64,000 nucleotides of DNA, from the IMG/VR virus record IMGVR_UViG_3300036770_008702, positions 19,952 to 83,951 of that record; one strand, 5' to 3'. Numbering within the stretch: position 1 is the first letter of the stretch; every line of letters starts with the position of its first letter. Below the pieces are notes generated by a model. It was not told the DNA's origin. It did no database searches and saw only the letters and a list, made by a program, of their open reading frames with translations. This document shows positions 52,033 to 61,201 of the stretch, piece by piece. The DNA is from a virus. A program made the translations under genes and the position numbers.

Positions 52033-52794
52033 TCACGCCCAGCACCGGCTGCGCCAGGGGCAGCGGGCGCATTCCATATGGTCGGAACTGATGGCGACAC
52101 GCGGCAGCCACTCGCCGGCATCGCAGGCCTGCAGCACCCGGACCGCCTTGTCGCTGGTCGCCTGGGCCAGCGCGCCATCGAAGGGGACCATCTCGTGGTG
52201 GAGTTCGCTGGTGTCCTTGTTCACCACCGTGAACAGCGCCGGCGTCTCGGCGAGGCCCATGTAGGCTTGGTAGAGGGCGACCTGCGCCGCGTAGACCGGC
52301 TTGGCCGCGGCGACGCCGCGCCGGACGATCTCCTTCCAGTTGCGTGCGTTGGCCGACTTGCACTCCCACAGCGCCGGCACGGCGACGTGGTGGGCGGCAG
52401 CATCGGGTGCGGTCACCACCACGCCATCGATGTGCCCCTGGACCCGTCCGCCCGCCACGGAGAAGCCGAACTGCTCGCCGGCGCGGTTGCGGGTGCGGAT
52501 GTCGAAGCCGGCGCGGCGCAGCCAGCCGATCGCCAGGTCCTCGAAGACATGGCCGACGGCGAAGATCCGCAGCGTCTGCGCGCTGAAGGCGGTGCCGGGA
52601 TCGCGCGGCAGGTCGAGATGCTCGTATTGCAGCCGCCGCGCACAGGGATCGCCGAGGCGAGAGCCGCCGAGGTAGTCGCGCCGCGGCCGCGTGCCAGTCT
52701 CCGCGACAATGGCGGCATCGATGGCAGCGTTGATCGCCTCCACCGCGCCAGGCGGCTTGGCGCGGTGGTTGAAGTCGAAGGGGGTGTCCGTCAT
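52033..52794 (-). CDS. PD-(D/E)xK exonuclease (Cas4/lambda-exo-like)
   Basis: YLGGSRLGDPC, GHIDG, WECKS, QVALYQ, C-terminal CARCPWRSRC. Confidence 0.85.
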   Translation of the reverse strand: MTDTPFDFNHRAKPPGAVEAINAAIDAAIVAETGTRPRRDYLGGSRLGDPCARRLQYEHLDLPRDPGTAFSAQTLRIFAVGHVFEDLAIGWLRRAGFDIRTRNRAGEQFGFSVAGGRVQGHIDGVVVTAPDAAAHHVAVPALWECKSANARNWKEIVRRGVAAAKPVYAAQVALYQAYMGLAETPALFTVVNKDTSELHHEMVPFDGALAQATSDKAVRVLQACDAGEWLPRVAISSDHMECARCPWRSRCWA

Positions 52795-53168
52795 CAGAAA
52801 GGCACCTCCATCGGGTCGATGCGCGTGGTGGCCCGCATCGCGTCCTGGAAGCCGCCCACGGCCACCTCGATCAGCGTCAGCACCTGCGCCTCGGTCAGCG
52901 CGTTGAGTGGGGTGGTCCAGCCGATCTCGGCCATGATCTCGGCGACCGGCCGCATGGCGGCGCGCATGGCCGCCTTCTCCTGTTCACTGAGGTCAACCAT
53001 GGCGAAAGACCTCCCAGCCAGGCGCGACCAGAAACGCTGGCAGGTGATGGAGCAGAAGGAGGCCGAACGCGGCGGCTGCCTCGGCCGTGTCGGGGCGGAC
53101 CAGCCAAAGCCACGCTCCCGGCGTCGGCAGACGGCACACAGGCTGGACGGTGCAGGGGCAAGGGACAT
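52794..53168 (-). CDS. DUF6511-like protein
   Basis: CAVC..RGFGW, FCSITCQ, MVDLSEQEKAAM. Confidence 0.72.
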   Translation of the reverse strand: MSLAPAPSSLCAVCRRRERGFGWSAPTRPRQPPRSASFCSITCQRFWSRLAGRSFAMVDLSEQEKAAMRAAMRPVAEIMAEIGWTTPLNALTEAQVLTLIEVAVGGFQDAMRATTRIDPMEVPF

Positions 53169-53171
53169 GGA

Positions 53172-54857
53172 TCACGCCGCCCTCCCCATCCCCTGCGGGA
53201 ACACCGCGGCGATGATCTGCGGCCGGTGCCAGAGGAAGTTCAGCCGGCAGTTCGCGGCATACTTCGACAGGCCGAAGTCCAGGGTGGGATTGCTGTCGCC
53301 GGCGCCGAGAAGAAGTTCCCGCTGGCGGGCTGTCGCCGGGTGGTTGAGCCAGAGCCGCGACTTGCTGGCGGCCGCCCCGGTCTCGGTCTGGCGCAGGAAG
53401 TCGTCGGCGGCCGCCAGCACCTGGATGCGCTCGCCGACGGCCAGCTGGCGCAGCCTGGCCGGCTTGGCGCGCCCCATCGCGTGCCAGTGGGTGCCGTCGA
53501 AAAACACCCCGGCCCAGGCATCGAAGCCCGAGGCGATCATCGCATGGCCGTCGCCATGCATGTCCCACCACCGGAAGGGCGACCGGTCGAGCAGGTCGAT
53601 CTCGGTGAGGTCGAACGCCTCAAGCACGCGCTTGTCGCGGAGCTTGCGCTGCCAGACATGGCCGCAGAACGGGCAGGCCACCGTGCCCAGCGGCACCTCG
53701 GCGTCGCAGCCGGGGCAGATCTTGTAGGGGGCCTTGCCGGTGTCCTCGTCCTCTTCCTCGGCGAGGGTGCCGTCATGCTCGATCGAACCGTGGCGCAGCG
53801 CGGCCCCGGCGAAGTCCAGCACCAGGCAGTCGGTCTTGACCACGCCGGGGAAGCGCTCGGGGTCGACCTTGCGCAATCCGCGTCCGATCGCCTGCACGAA
53901 GGTGCCACGATGCAGCATGGGGCGCAGCACGATGATGCAGCCGACCGGCTGGCTGTCGAAGCCTTCGGTGAGCACCATGCAGTTGGTGATTACCTGGACC
54001 TCGCCGCGGTCGAACTGCGCCAGCAGCGCGGTGCGTTCGCGGGCAGGCATCTCGCCGGTGACGGTGGCCGCCGTCACCCCCGTCGCGCGGAAGGCGGCCG
54101 CGACCGCCTCGGCGTGGGCCACGGTGGCGCAGAAGGCGATGGTGCGCCGGTCGGGGGCACGCTCCTGCCAGTGGGCGACCACCGCCTCGTTGAGCACCGC
54201 CCGGTTCAGGACCTTGGCGGCCGCATCCATGTCGTAGTCGCCGGCGGTGGCGCCGACCTGGTCGAGGTCGTCGGAGATGCCGAGGTCGATGGTGAAGGTG
54301 CGCGGCGGCACCAGGATGCCCTGGGCGATCAGGGTGGCGATCGGCAGGTGGAAGGCGATGTTGGAGAAGGTCTTGCGCAGGCTGCGCCCGTCGCCGCGCT
54401 CGGGGGTGGCGGACAGGCCCAGCAGCTTCACCGCGGGGTTGGCGGCGCGGGCGTCGGCGATGATCGACTGATAGCTGTCGGCGGCGGCGCGGTGGCACTC
54501 GTCGATGACGAGGTGCGAGAGCCGCGGCATGCGCATCCGGCGCGCGGCGCGGGCCAGGGTCTGCACGCTGCCGAACACGATGCGGCCGGACCAGTCGTCA
54601 CGCTCGGCCTTGACGATCGAGGCGGGCAGGCCGGTAACCGCGCCGATGGTGCGGCGGTTCTGCTCGATCAGCTCGTCGGTGTGCTGCAGCACCAGGAAGC
54701 TGGCGGTCGGGTCCTGCTCCGACTCCTCGCCGATGTAGAAGCCGGCCACGGCGGTCTTGCCGGCGCCCACCGGGAGGGCGACAAGCGTGTTGCCGTGGCT
54801 GGCGATCCTGCTGCGGGCGGCGGCAACCGCCGCCCGCTGGTAGTCGCGAGGGATCAT
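53172..54857 (-). CDS. SF2 DEAD/DEAH helicase with Zn ribbon
   Basis: PVGAGKT, IDECH, LSATPER, LTEGFD, QAIGRGLR, CPGC/CPFC. Confidence 0.93.
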   Translation of the reverse strand: MIPRDYQRAAVAAARSRIASHGNTLVALPVGAGKTAVAGFYIGEESEQDPTASFLVLQHTDELIEQNRRTIGAVTGLPASIVKAERDDWSGRIVFGSVQTLARAARRMRMPRLSHLVIDECHRAAADSYQSIIADARAANPAVKLLGLSATPERGDGRSLRKTFSNIAFHLPIATLIAQGILVPPRTFTIDLGISDDLDQVGATAGDYDMDAAAKVLNRAVLNEAVVAHWQERAPDRRTIAFCATVAHAEAVAAAFRATGVTAATVTGEMPARERTALLAQFDRGEVQVITNCMVLTEGFDSQPVGCIIVLRPMLHRGTFVQAIGRGLRKVDPERFPGVVKTDCLVLDFAGAALRHGSIEHDGTLAEEEDEDTGKAPYKICPGCDAEVPLGTVACPFCGHVWQRKLRDKRVLEAFDLTEIDLLDRSPFRWWDMHGDGHAMIASGFDAWAGVFFDGTHWHAMGRAKPARLRQLAVGERIQVLAAADDFLRQTETGAAASKSRLWLNHPATARQRELLLGAGDSNPTLDFGLSKYAANCRLNFLWHRPQIIAAVFPQGMGRAA

Positions 54858-54872
54858 TGTCCGGGTCCCTCC

Positions 54873-55574
54873 TCAGCGTGCCCAGAACGGTGCGGCGCTT
54901 GCCGGGTCCGACGCCGGAGCGGCGTGCGCGGTCGGTGCGGTGGGTGCAGCCGGGGCGGCCCAGGGCAACGCGTTGCCGTTCGGTGGCATGACGGCCATCG
55001 GAGCGCCGGGCGGCGGGGCCGCCATGCCGGCGTGGTGCGACGGCGCCATGACCGGCACCGCGCCCATGACCCGCGCATAGTCCGGGTGGTCGGGGCCCAG
55101 CGCGGCGGCGATCGAATTGCGCCCGTCCTCGGTGGGGGCGGACTTGTCCTTGTCGATGCCGATGCGGCCGACAAACTCGAGGCCGTTCAGGTCGCCGTAG
55201 CCGTGGATGACACGGGCGGCACGCGCCCGGTCGGAGCTGTCCTTGCTGGCGATGCCGCGGGCGCTCTCCAGGATGCCGCGGATGAGCGACCGGCCGCGGT
55301 TGCCGTAGGAGTCGTCGGCCCCGGCACCGCCTTTGCCGCGCAGCCCGATGCGCGTGTAGATGCGCCGCCGGGCATGCGGGCCGTCCAGCACCACCGCCTC
55401 GGTGTTGAGGTACTGCGCCTCGCTGGTCTTGCTCTGGGTCACCCAGCCCTCGGGGCCGACTCCGCCGGGGCGGATGGTGAGCCGGACCTTGACCAGCGTG
55501 CCCGCGGGGATCAGATCGAAGGCGTTCTGCTGCGCGTCAGCGCCGTTGAAGTCGTGCGTGAAGCTGCCGGACAT
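54873..55574 (-). CDS. Putative single-stranded DNA-binding protein (DUF669-like)
   Basis: FDLIPAGTLVKV...; Pro/Ala tail ending PFWAR; follows the Sak4-like ATPase. Confidence 0.72.
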   Translation of the reverse strand: MSGSFTHDFNGADAQQNAFDLIPAGTLVKVRLTIRPGGVGPEGWVTQSKTSEAQYLNTEAVVLDGPHARRRIYTRIGLRGKGGAGADDSYGNRGRSLIRGILESARGIASKDSSDRARAARVIHGYGDLNGLEFVGRIGIDKDKSAPTEDGRNSIAAALGPDHPDYARVMGAVPVMAPSHHAGMAAPPPGAPMAVMPPNGNALPWAAPAAPTAPTAHAAPASDPASAAPFWAR

Positions 55575-55577
55575 GGC

Positions 55578-56504
55578 TCAGCCCTCCTGCGTCGTCGTGG
55601 GAGTGGGGGTGGGGGCGCCGGACGGTGTCGGGGTGTCGGGCGGCAGCGCGATCTGGAAATGCGCCGTGGGCGGCGCGGTGAGCGGGCGCCGGATCTTGGC
55701 CATCAGCCGGCCGAGATGGGCTTCCTCGATCGTCGCCAGGCGGCCGGACCGGTCCTTCGCCGGGACGCCCAGCGGGTTGAGCGTCGTGCAGATGAACGCG
55801 CGATACGGCATGTCGTCGGGGCCGCGCAGCTCGGCCAGCGTGATCAGTTCGTCGACCACGCCGGGCAATTCCAACCCGGTCTTGGTGCCTTCGACCTGGA
55901 GTGCGAAGTAGGGCCGATTGAAGTCATCGACCTTCTTGTCGAGAATTGCCGCGAGCCAAACGTTCTTGTTCGGCACGTGCTGCAAGTGCGTGATCCAGGA
56001 AATCATCTCCTGGCCGAGCAGACCGTAGGCGGCGCGGAGGTCCGGCTTGCCGCTGCGATCCGACTGCGCCTGCGGCTGACCCTTGGACCACTGCAGACAC
56101 AGCCTGGACGCGACAGTGACCGAGTCGACGAAAATCGTTTCGTATTTGGCCAGAACATGGGGATCGCCGAAGGCGGCACAGACGCGGGCGTAGTGCGTGC
56201 TGTCGTAGGGCTGGTCGGCGCGCATGGCGGGGTTGGGGCCGCCGATCCAGCAGGCGATGTCGCGCGCCAGTTCCCAGTCGCGGACCCGCACCTCGTCGCC
56301 CGGCCAGCCCTGGACGGCCAGTTCGCCGGCCTCCAGGTTCACGAACAGCGTCGTGGCCGGGTCGAGCGACCACAGCTGCGAGGTCTTGCCGATGCCCGAG
56401 GCGCCGGCGAGCACGCCCTTGATGCCGCGCCGCTCGGCCATGCGCTCGTCGGCGCTGATGATCCGGAAGCCGCTCGCCGGCGCCGGGGGGAACGGGGCGC
56501 TCAC
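55578..56504 (-). CDS. AAA_24 / Sak4-like ATPase
   Basis: GASGIGKTS Walker A, IFVDSVT, PAKDRSGRL. Confidence 0.88.
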   Translation of the reverse strand: MSAPFPPAPASGFRIISADERMAERRGIKGVLAGASGIGKTSQLWSLDPATTLFVNLEAGELAVQGWPGDEVRVRDWELARDIACWIGGPNPAMRADQPYDSTHYARVCAAFGDPHVLAKYETIFVDSVTVASRLCLQWSKGQPQAQSDRSGKPDLRAAYGLLGQEMISWITHLQHVPNKNVWLAAILDKKVDDFNRPYFALQVEGTKTGLELPGVVDELITLAELRGPDDMPYRAFICTTLNPLGVPAKDRSGRLATIEEAHLGRLMAKIRRPLTAPPTAHFQIALPPDTPTPSGAPTPTPTTTQEG

Positions 56505-56935
56505 TTCAGCCCCCGCACGGTCTGCACCGCGGCGTCCGCCGCATTGGCCGAGCCCACGGCGCCTGCCTCGCGCGCCAGATCGTGCAGGCGCTGGAGGTCA
56601 TCGACCACGCGCAGGATGGCGCGGGCGCTGCGGTTCATCTGGCTGGCAGCGAAAGCGATATCGTCGACCGACGCCTCAGCCACACGCTTGGTGACCACCG
56701 TGTTGGGGTTGCCCGCCACGGGCACCGTGATGGTCTCGGGCAAGTTCTTGAGCCAATGGGTCTCGCGCAAGGCCTCGATGGCGGACTTGGGCTGCTTCAC
56801 CGCGCCCGCCGTGGCGGCCGACGGCTTGGCGGGATCGGCGGCCAAGCCGGGCTTCGAGAAGGAAAAGAGGGCGACGAGGCCGGTGAGCAGCGCGAGCGCG
56901 CGGCGACCCGGCGGATGGTGGGGGGAGAGAGTCAT
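56501..56935 (-). CDS. Hypothetical phage protein
   Basis: MTLSPHH... after a GGAG RBS; EASVDDIAFA motif; stop overlaps the next start. Confidence 0.7.
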   Translation of the reverse strand: MTLSPHHPPGRRALALLTGLVALFSFSKPGLAADPAKPSAATAGAVKQPKSAIEALRETHWLKNLPETITVPVAGNPNTVVTKRVAEASVDDIAFAASQMNRSARAILRVVDDLQRLHDLAREAGAVGSANAADAAVQTVRGLK

Positions 56936-57078
56936 TGGGGGGAGCTCCGTTCTGTCGGTGCTCCGTTCGTCGAATGGGAGACTGCCGGGCCCCGACGCGG
57001 TGGAGCAGACCGTCCTGGTATTTCCGCGTCGCCGCGGTGTTGCATTTCCAGGAAGACCCGGCAGCGAACCGGGTGGGA

Positions 57079-57306
57079 TCAGGCGGCGCTCATCTCCTTG
57101 CGCTGCGCTTCCTCGAAGCTTTCGATATCGGAAAGGACGTAGGTCACGTGACCGCCGAGTTTGAAATACGGCGGCCCCTTTCCCTCGGAGCGCCACCGCT
57201 CCAGCGTGCGCACCGACACGTCCCAGCGCGTCGCCAGCTGGCGCTGGTTGATGTGCCGCACCGCAGTGCCGTCACACCGGCCGGCCAAGTAATGATGCTT
57301 GCTCAT
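57079..57306 (-). CDS. AlpA/Xis-like HTH DNA-binding protein
   Basis: INQRQLATRWDVSVRTLERWRSEGKGPPYFKLGGHVTY. Confidence 0.88.
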   Translation of the reverse strand: MSKHHYLAGRCDGTAVRHINQRQLATRWDVSVRTLERWRSEGKGPPYFKLGGHVTYVLSDIESFEEAQRKEMSAA

Positions 57307-57602
57307 GCCGGGCACCTACCGGCGCGGCTTCCGAAGTGTCGGGGTGCCGAGTTGTACCCCCTGAACCCTGCCGCTTCTCCATGAGATGAGATGATCGAGG
57401 ATGTGCATCGCGCTGCCTCGCGGACGTCGGGCGCGGGCTCGCTGACGTAGATCGCCAGCAGCGGCGTCCCATCGGCATGGGTGCCAGCGTCCTCGATTTG
57501 GTAGTTGCAGTTGGGCTCGCAGACCTCGGTCAGTTCCCAGCGGCGATAGAGTCCTGGAAGACGCCTGAAATCCGCGAGCGACAGATCGGCAGTGCGGTTC
57601 AT
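57303..57602 (-). CDS. Hypothetical protein
   Basis: FRRLPGLYRRWEL...GTPLLAIY; first gene after the bipartite motif. Confidence 0.6.
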   Translation of the reverse strand: MNRTADLSLADFRRLPGLYRRWELTEVCEPNCNYQIEDAGTHADGTPLLAIYVSEPAPDVREAARCTSSIISSHGEAAGFRGYNSAPRHFGSRAGRCPA

Positions 57603-57651
57603 GCTTGCCTGCTTTCGGCTGAAGGGACGGCGCTCGGAGCGCTCGAACGGG

Positions 57652-57683
57652 AAAAGCCATCGGCGAAGGCAGATCGGGACATC
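57652..57683 (-). promoter_or_regulatory. Bipartite motif GATGTCCCG-N15-TGGCTTTT, candidate phage-sigma promoter for the replication operon
   Basis: Identical boxes and spacing to 61202-61233; 50 nt upstream of ATG 57602. Confidence 0.65.
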
Positions 57684-57686
57684 GGC

Positions 57687-58409
57687 TCAGGGGATTTCCG
57701 CCAGGGCGTCGCGCAGCTTGGGCATCGCGCGCTGGTAGCGCTTGCGGGCGGCGGCCTCGGTCAGGCCCATCTCGACGGCGACCTCGGCCTGCGAGAAACC
57801 CTCGATCGCCACGCGGATCACCAGAAGGGCGTCCGCGCCGATCAGCTTGTGCAGGTCGTCCTGCAGGTGCGCATCTTCCGCCCCGGGCTGTCGCCCCGCC
57901 TGATCGGCGGGCACGTCGTTGATCTCGATATCGCTGGCCAGATCTTCGCAGGCTGCTTCGCGCTTGCGCGCGCGAATCATGTCGCGCTCGACGTTCCGCA
58001 GGACTGAGGCTGCGATCCAGTTGACGCGCCCCAGGTCGAGGCCGCGGACTGCCTCAGTGGTGCGCGCCAGCACGTCGGACGTCATCTCGTTGGCTGTGCC
58101 GATCCTGCGCCAGATCGAGCGGCGCCGGATGGCGTCGAGGCCGGGCCAGAGCGCCAGCAACAGCAGCGTCAGGGCGCAGTCGGACGCGGGTCCGTCGCCC
58201 TGCGCAGCTACGACCAGCGCGGAAAGAATCACGTTCTTCCGGGCCGGATCGCCGGTCGTACGATGCAGCCCGTCAAGAAGGGCCGCTGGATCGCGGAACG
58301 GCGCGAGGGCGGCCTGCGTGCGCCGGACGGCGTCGAAACTACGCTGGAAGTGAAGGCTCGTGGAGGAATGCATGAGGTGATCACGGATCTCGTGCCACGC
58401 GAAGGACAT
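57687..58409 (-). CDS. Prophage-encoded ECF-like sigma-70 factor
   Basis: Region 4 HTH EGFSQAEVAVEMGLTEAAARKRYQRA; region-2-like WIAASVLRNVERDMIR. Confidence 0.78.
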   Translation of the reverse strand: MSFAWHEIRDHLMHSSTSLHFQRSFDAVRRTQAALAPFRDPAALLDGLHRTTGDPARKNVILSALVVAAQGDGPASDCALTLLLLALWPGLDAIRRRSIWRRIGTANEMTSDVLARTTEAVRGLDLGRVNWIAASVLRNVERDMIRARKREAACEDLASDIEINDVPADQAGRQPGAEDAHLQDDLHKLIGADALLVIRVAIEGFSQAEVAVEMGLTEAAARKRYQRAMPKLRDALAEIP

Positions 58410-58438
58410 CGGACGCCTGCCTTGCGGCCAGGCGTCCG
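58410..58438 (-). promoter_or_regulatory. RBS-occluding hairpin immediately 5' of the sigma start codon
   Basis: mRNA CGGACGCCUG-GCC-GCAA-GG-CAGGCGUCCG-AUG: perfect 10-bp arms, GCAA loop. Confidence 0.7.
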
Positions 58439-58505
58439 GCGCCTTGTCGTGGCCAGGTCAGGACGTCGCGCGTCTCTGCGATTTCAGGGGGGGTAACTGT
58501 GCGCG

Positions 58506-58751
58506 TCAGCGCGCGGGCGCGGTCGCGTTGTTCAGCGTGCTGCAGCCACGGCAGGTGGCCTGAACCGGAAAGCCCACGAGATACTCGTGCCCCCGCGCGA
58601 AGCGCAGGTGCATCCGGCCGTCCCGGCAGACTCCGAGCAGCTTGTCACAGCGCGTGCAGCGCCATTCCGCGTTCAGGGTGGTGGGCTTGGTCGTCGCGGC
58701 GCCGGTCCAGCTCGTCGGGGCTGCCTGGCGCGAGGGGAAGGGAGTCGGCAT
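58506..58751 (-). CDS. Com-like zinc-finger protein
   Basis: WRCTRCDKLLG...ATCRGCSTLN matches the Mu Com pattern RCxxCxKLL...CxRCxxxN; GAGGAG RBS. Confidence 0.72.
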   Translation of the reverse strand: MPTPFPSRQAAPTSWTGAATTKPTTLNAEWRCTRCDKLLGVCRDGRMHLRFARGHEYLVGFPVQATCRGCSTLNNATAPAR

Positions 58752-58829
58752 GGGAGTGCTCCTCTATGTGGAGCCCCTCCAGTAATCAGCGGTTCGTTAG
58801 ACCGTCTCCCGCTTCATTTTAGACGGCCT

Positions 58830-61079
58830 TTAGACGACGGCCTCGACGGGCGCTTCGACCGGTTCGGGTGCTGGCCGCGGCGCGACGATCAGGCGCCAGT
58901 AGCCGCGCTTCGCCCCCTTTGCGATGTAGAAATCTATGATGTCCTGCCACATCTCCTTGCGGAACGCCTGCTGGGGACTCTTTGCCGAGAAACCCTTCAT
59001 CAGGTCGCCGACGTAAACGTCCGCGGTGCCCGTTGCATACGCGGCGACAAGGCGTTCGAAGATCGTAAGTTGTTCATTTCCAGCGAGGTACAGCGGCTCA
59101 CGGCCGGGAATGTAGAGCGTCCCGGATTGCGTGCTGCTGCGGTCGACACGCGGCGACCCGCCGCCGTGCGCGAGCGAGTGGCTGCTCCGATATGCGAGTT
59201 CCAGGCCGTCGCGGGAGAAGAGCATCTCGTCGTCAGCGGGTGATAGATGTAACAGAAGCGGTACGACCACGTTCGACCCGAGATGCGATGGCATTTCTTC
59301 GCTTGCCGCCAGGATGATCCCGACGCCAGATGTATTCCGGGCTCGCAACATCAAATCCAGCCGCTGTGCAGTTCTTGGGTCATTGATGCGCCTGGCAAAA
59401 TAGACGAGAACGTCGGCATCATCGATCCGCATTGCACCCAGAAGATTCAGGTCCCGGTCGAGGATCTGGGCTGCCCGCTTGTTCAAGATCGGTTTCATCA
59501 GCCGCATGAGCGTCTCTTGAAGCCACTGGCCGTTGATGGCAAACATCTTGATATCCGATACAGGTCGCCTGCCTGCGTCCTGGCCGAACGGCCCCTCCGT
59601 GCGGACCATGCCTGCTGTCGCCGAGGGCTTGATGGTGCCTTCCCCGTCGATGTCGTCGTCCTCGATGAGGACCACATCCTGCCGATCACGGCGCTCGAGC
59701 AGCCCGCCTTCGATAAGACGGCTGGCGTCGAGCCCCAGTTCCAGAAGATACGCGCCGCTGACCTCGTCCTCGACCCGGTCGTAGAGTTGAACTAGCTGGG
59801 GGAATATCGCGCGCAGGTCGTCGGGTGCGATCTGCCGGAATGCGCTGAGAATCCCCCATTCCTTCAGGAGCGCAAAGCCAAGGCTGCGCTCTTCCGGATC
59901 CATCTTACTCTGTAGATTGCAGCTCTTCGTGCCGGCGATCGTGATGTTGATCGTCCGCTCCTTCTCGTCGCCGACGCGATTGTAGGCGACCGCGATCCCG
60001 ATCCGGCTGAACGCCTCGGCGCGCCGAAAGATGTTTCCGGCCCCAAGATACTGGTCCGCCACTTCCTCGATATCGTCGTCAACGGTGACCTTCAGCTGCA
60101 GCTTACGGCGCCAAGTGCCTAGCCGAACCTCGGCTTCCAGAACGCGCGCAAACGCGAGCTGGTAGCCCTCGATCTCGGGAGGCTTCAGAAGGAGCGAAGT
60201 ACGGAACCGGGATAGGTTGTAACGCTTCCAGGTCAATGGCTTCTGAGAGATGTCGTGCCCGAGGGCGATTTCGGCGAACGCGTCGCTGACCGTCTGGCGG
60301 ACCACCGGGCTGTCGGCGCAGACCTCGATCTGGCGCAGCGATGGCGTGTAAATCAGCGTCGCCTCGTTCGGCGGGCGATAGTAGATGGTGTCCCTGCGTC
60401 CGTCATGCCGGTGGTCGTGGACGCTCGATAGCGGCCCGCCATGCCGGACGATTAGCATGATCGATGCAGGGTGCGAGTCGGTGGCCGGCAGATTGAGAGC
60501 CTTCACCTCGCATGAAATCTCCGGTTTCAGCTCAAGCATGTCCTTGATCTTTGTGGCCAGCGCCGCCTCGTCGATTGCCGCAGCATCGAGCGCCATGTGG
60601 TTCTCGAGTTCGACCTCGAAGGCGTCATAGAGCTTGCCATGGTCACGGAACTGCCGGGCGAAATGGAAGCTCTCTGCATCCGCGAAAGTCTTGTACGCGT
60701 TCAAGTAGACCCATATGCTTCTGCATAGCTGATCGGGCTGGCGCTCGAATTGTTCCGATTGGCCGCCATCGAGCCGCTGCTCGACGATCGTCGTAAGGGA
60801 GGTGACGCCTTTGCCGTCCGCGAGAGACCGGATCCTTCGTGCTCGCTGCTCTGCTGGCTGCAGTTCGTCCTGATCGAATTCTGACAGCGTCTGGATGAGT
60901 CTTTGCCTGAACATCTCGACCGCTTTTTTGTCAGAGTGATCAGGCAGGTCCTCGGGCAACTTGAAGTCTGGCTCGTTATCGCCCTCCCGAAAAGCAAGGG
61001 CTGCACGGGCGAGGTCGACGCGCGCATCTTCGATCAGCCTCAGGACATGGGGACCGATCCGATTTGCTTTACGCGCCAT
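58830..61079 (-). CDS. Large hypothetical protein (749 aa) with possible C-terminal winged-helix domain
   Basis: Long ORF; C-terminus EQLTIFERLV...GDLMKGF...GAKRGYWRL resembles an OmpR-type wHTH. Confidence 0.85.
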   Translation of the reverse strand: MARKANRIGPHVLRLIEDARVDLARAALAFREGDNEPDFKLPEDLPDHSDKKAVEMFRQRLIQTLSEFDQDELQPAEQRARRIRSLADGKGVTSLTTIVEQRLDGGQSEQFERQPDQLCRSIWVYLNAYKTFADAESFHFARQFRDHGKLYDAFEVELENHMALDAAAIDEAALATKIKDMLELKPEISCEVKALNLPATDSHPASIMLIVRHGGPLSSVHDHRHDGRRDTIYYRPPNEATLIYTPSLRQIEVCADSPVVRQTVSDAFAEIALGHDISQKPLTWKRYNLSRFRTSLLLKPPEIEGYQLAFARVLEAEVRLGTWRRKLQLKVTVDDDIEEVADQYLGAGNIFRRAEAFSRIGIAVAYNRVGDEKERTINITIAGTKSCNLQSKMDPEERSLGFALLKEWGILSAFRQIAPDDLRAIFPQLVQLYDRVEDEVSGAYLLELGLDASRLIEGGLLERRDRQDVVLIEDDDIDGEGTIKPSATAGMVRTEGPFGQDAGRRPVSDIKMFAINGQWLQETLMRLMKPILNKRAAQILDRDLNLLGAMRIDDADVLVYFARRINDPRTAQRLDLMLRARNTSGVGIILAASEEMPSHLGSNVVVPLLLHLSPADDEMLFSRDGLELAYRSSHSLAHGGGSPRVDRSSTQSGTLYIPGREPLYLAGNEQLTIFERLVAAYATGTADVYVGDLMKGFSAKSPQQAFRKEMWQDIIDFYIAKGAKRGYWRLIVAPRPAPEPVEAPVEAVV

Positions 61080-61201
61080 TGATTCACCGCAACGAACAAC
61101 TGATCAGGATTGATTCAACCCAAAATAATCATGGACGATGGGATTCGGTGCAAGATCGGATTTTCTGCCCTCGTTCGCAATTTAGAGAGTCGCCGTCGTT
61201 G

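Noticed and set aside
52033-52794. CRISPR-associated Cas4
   Set aside because: It sits in a phage recombination/replication operon with Sak4, SSB and helicase; no cas genes or array are present.
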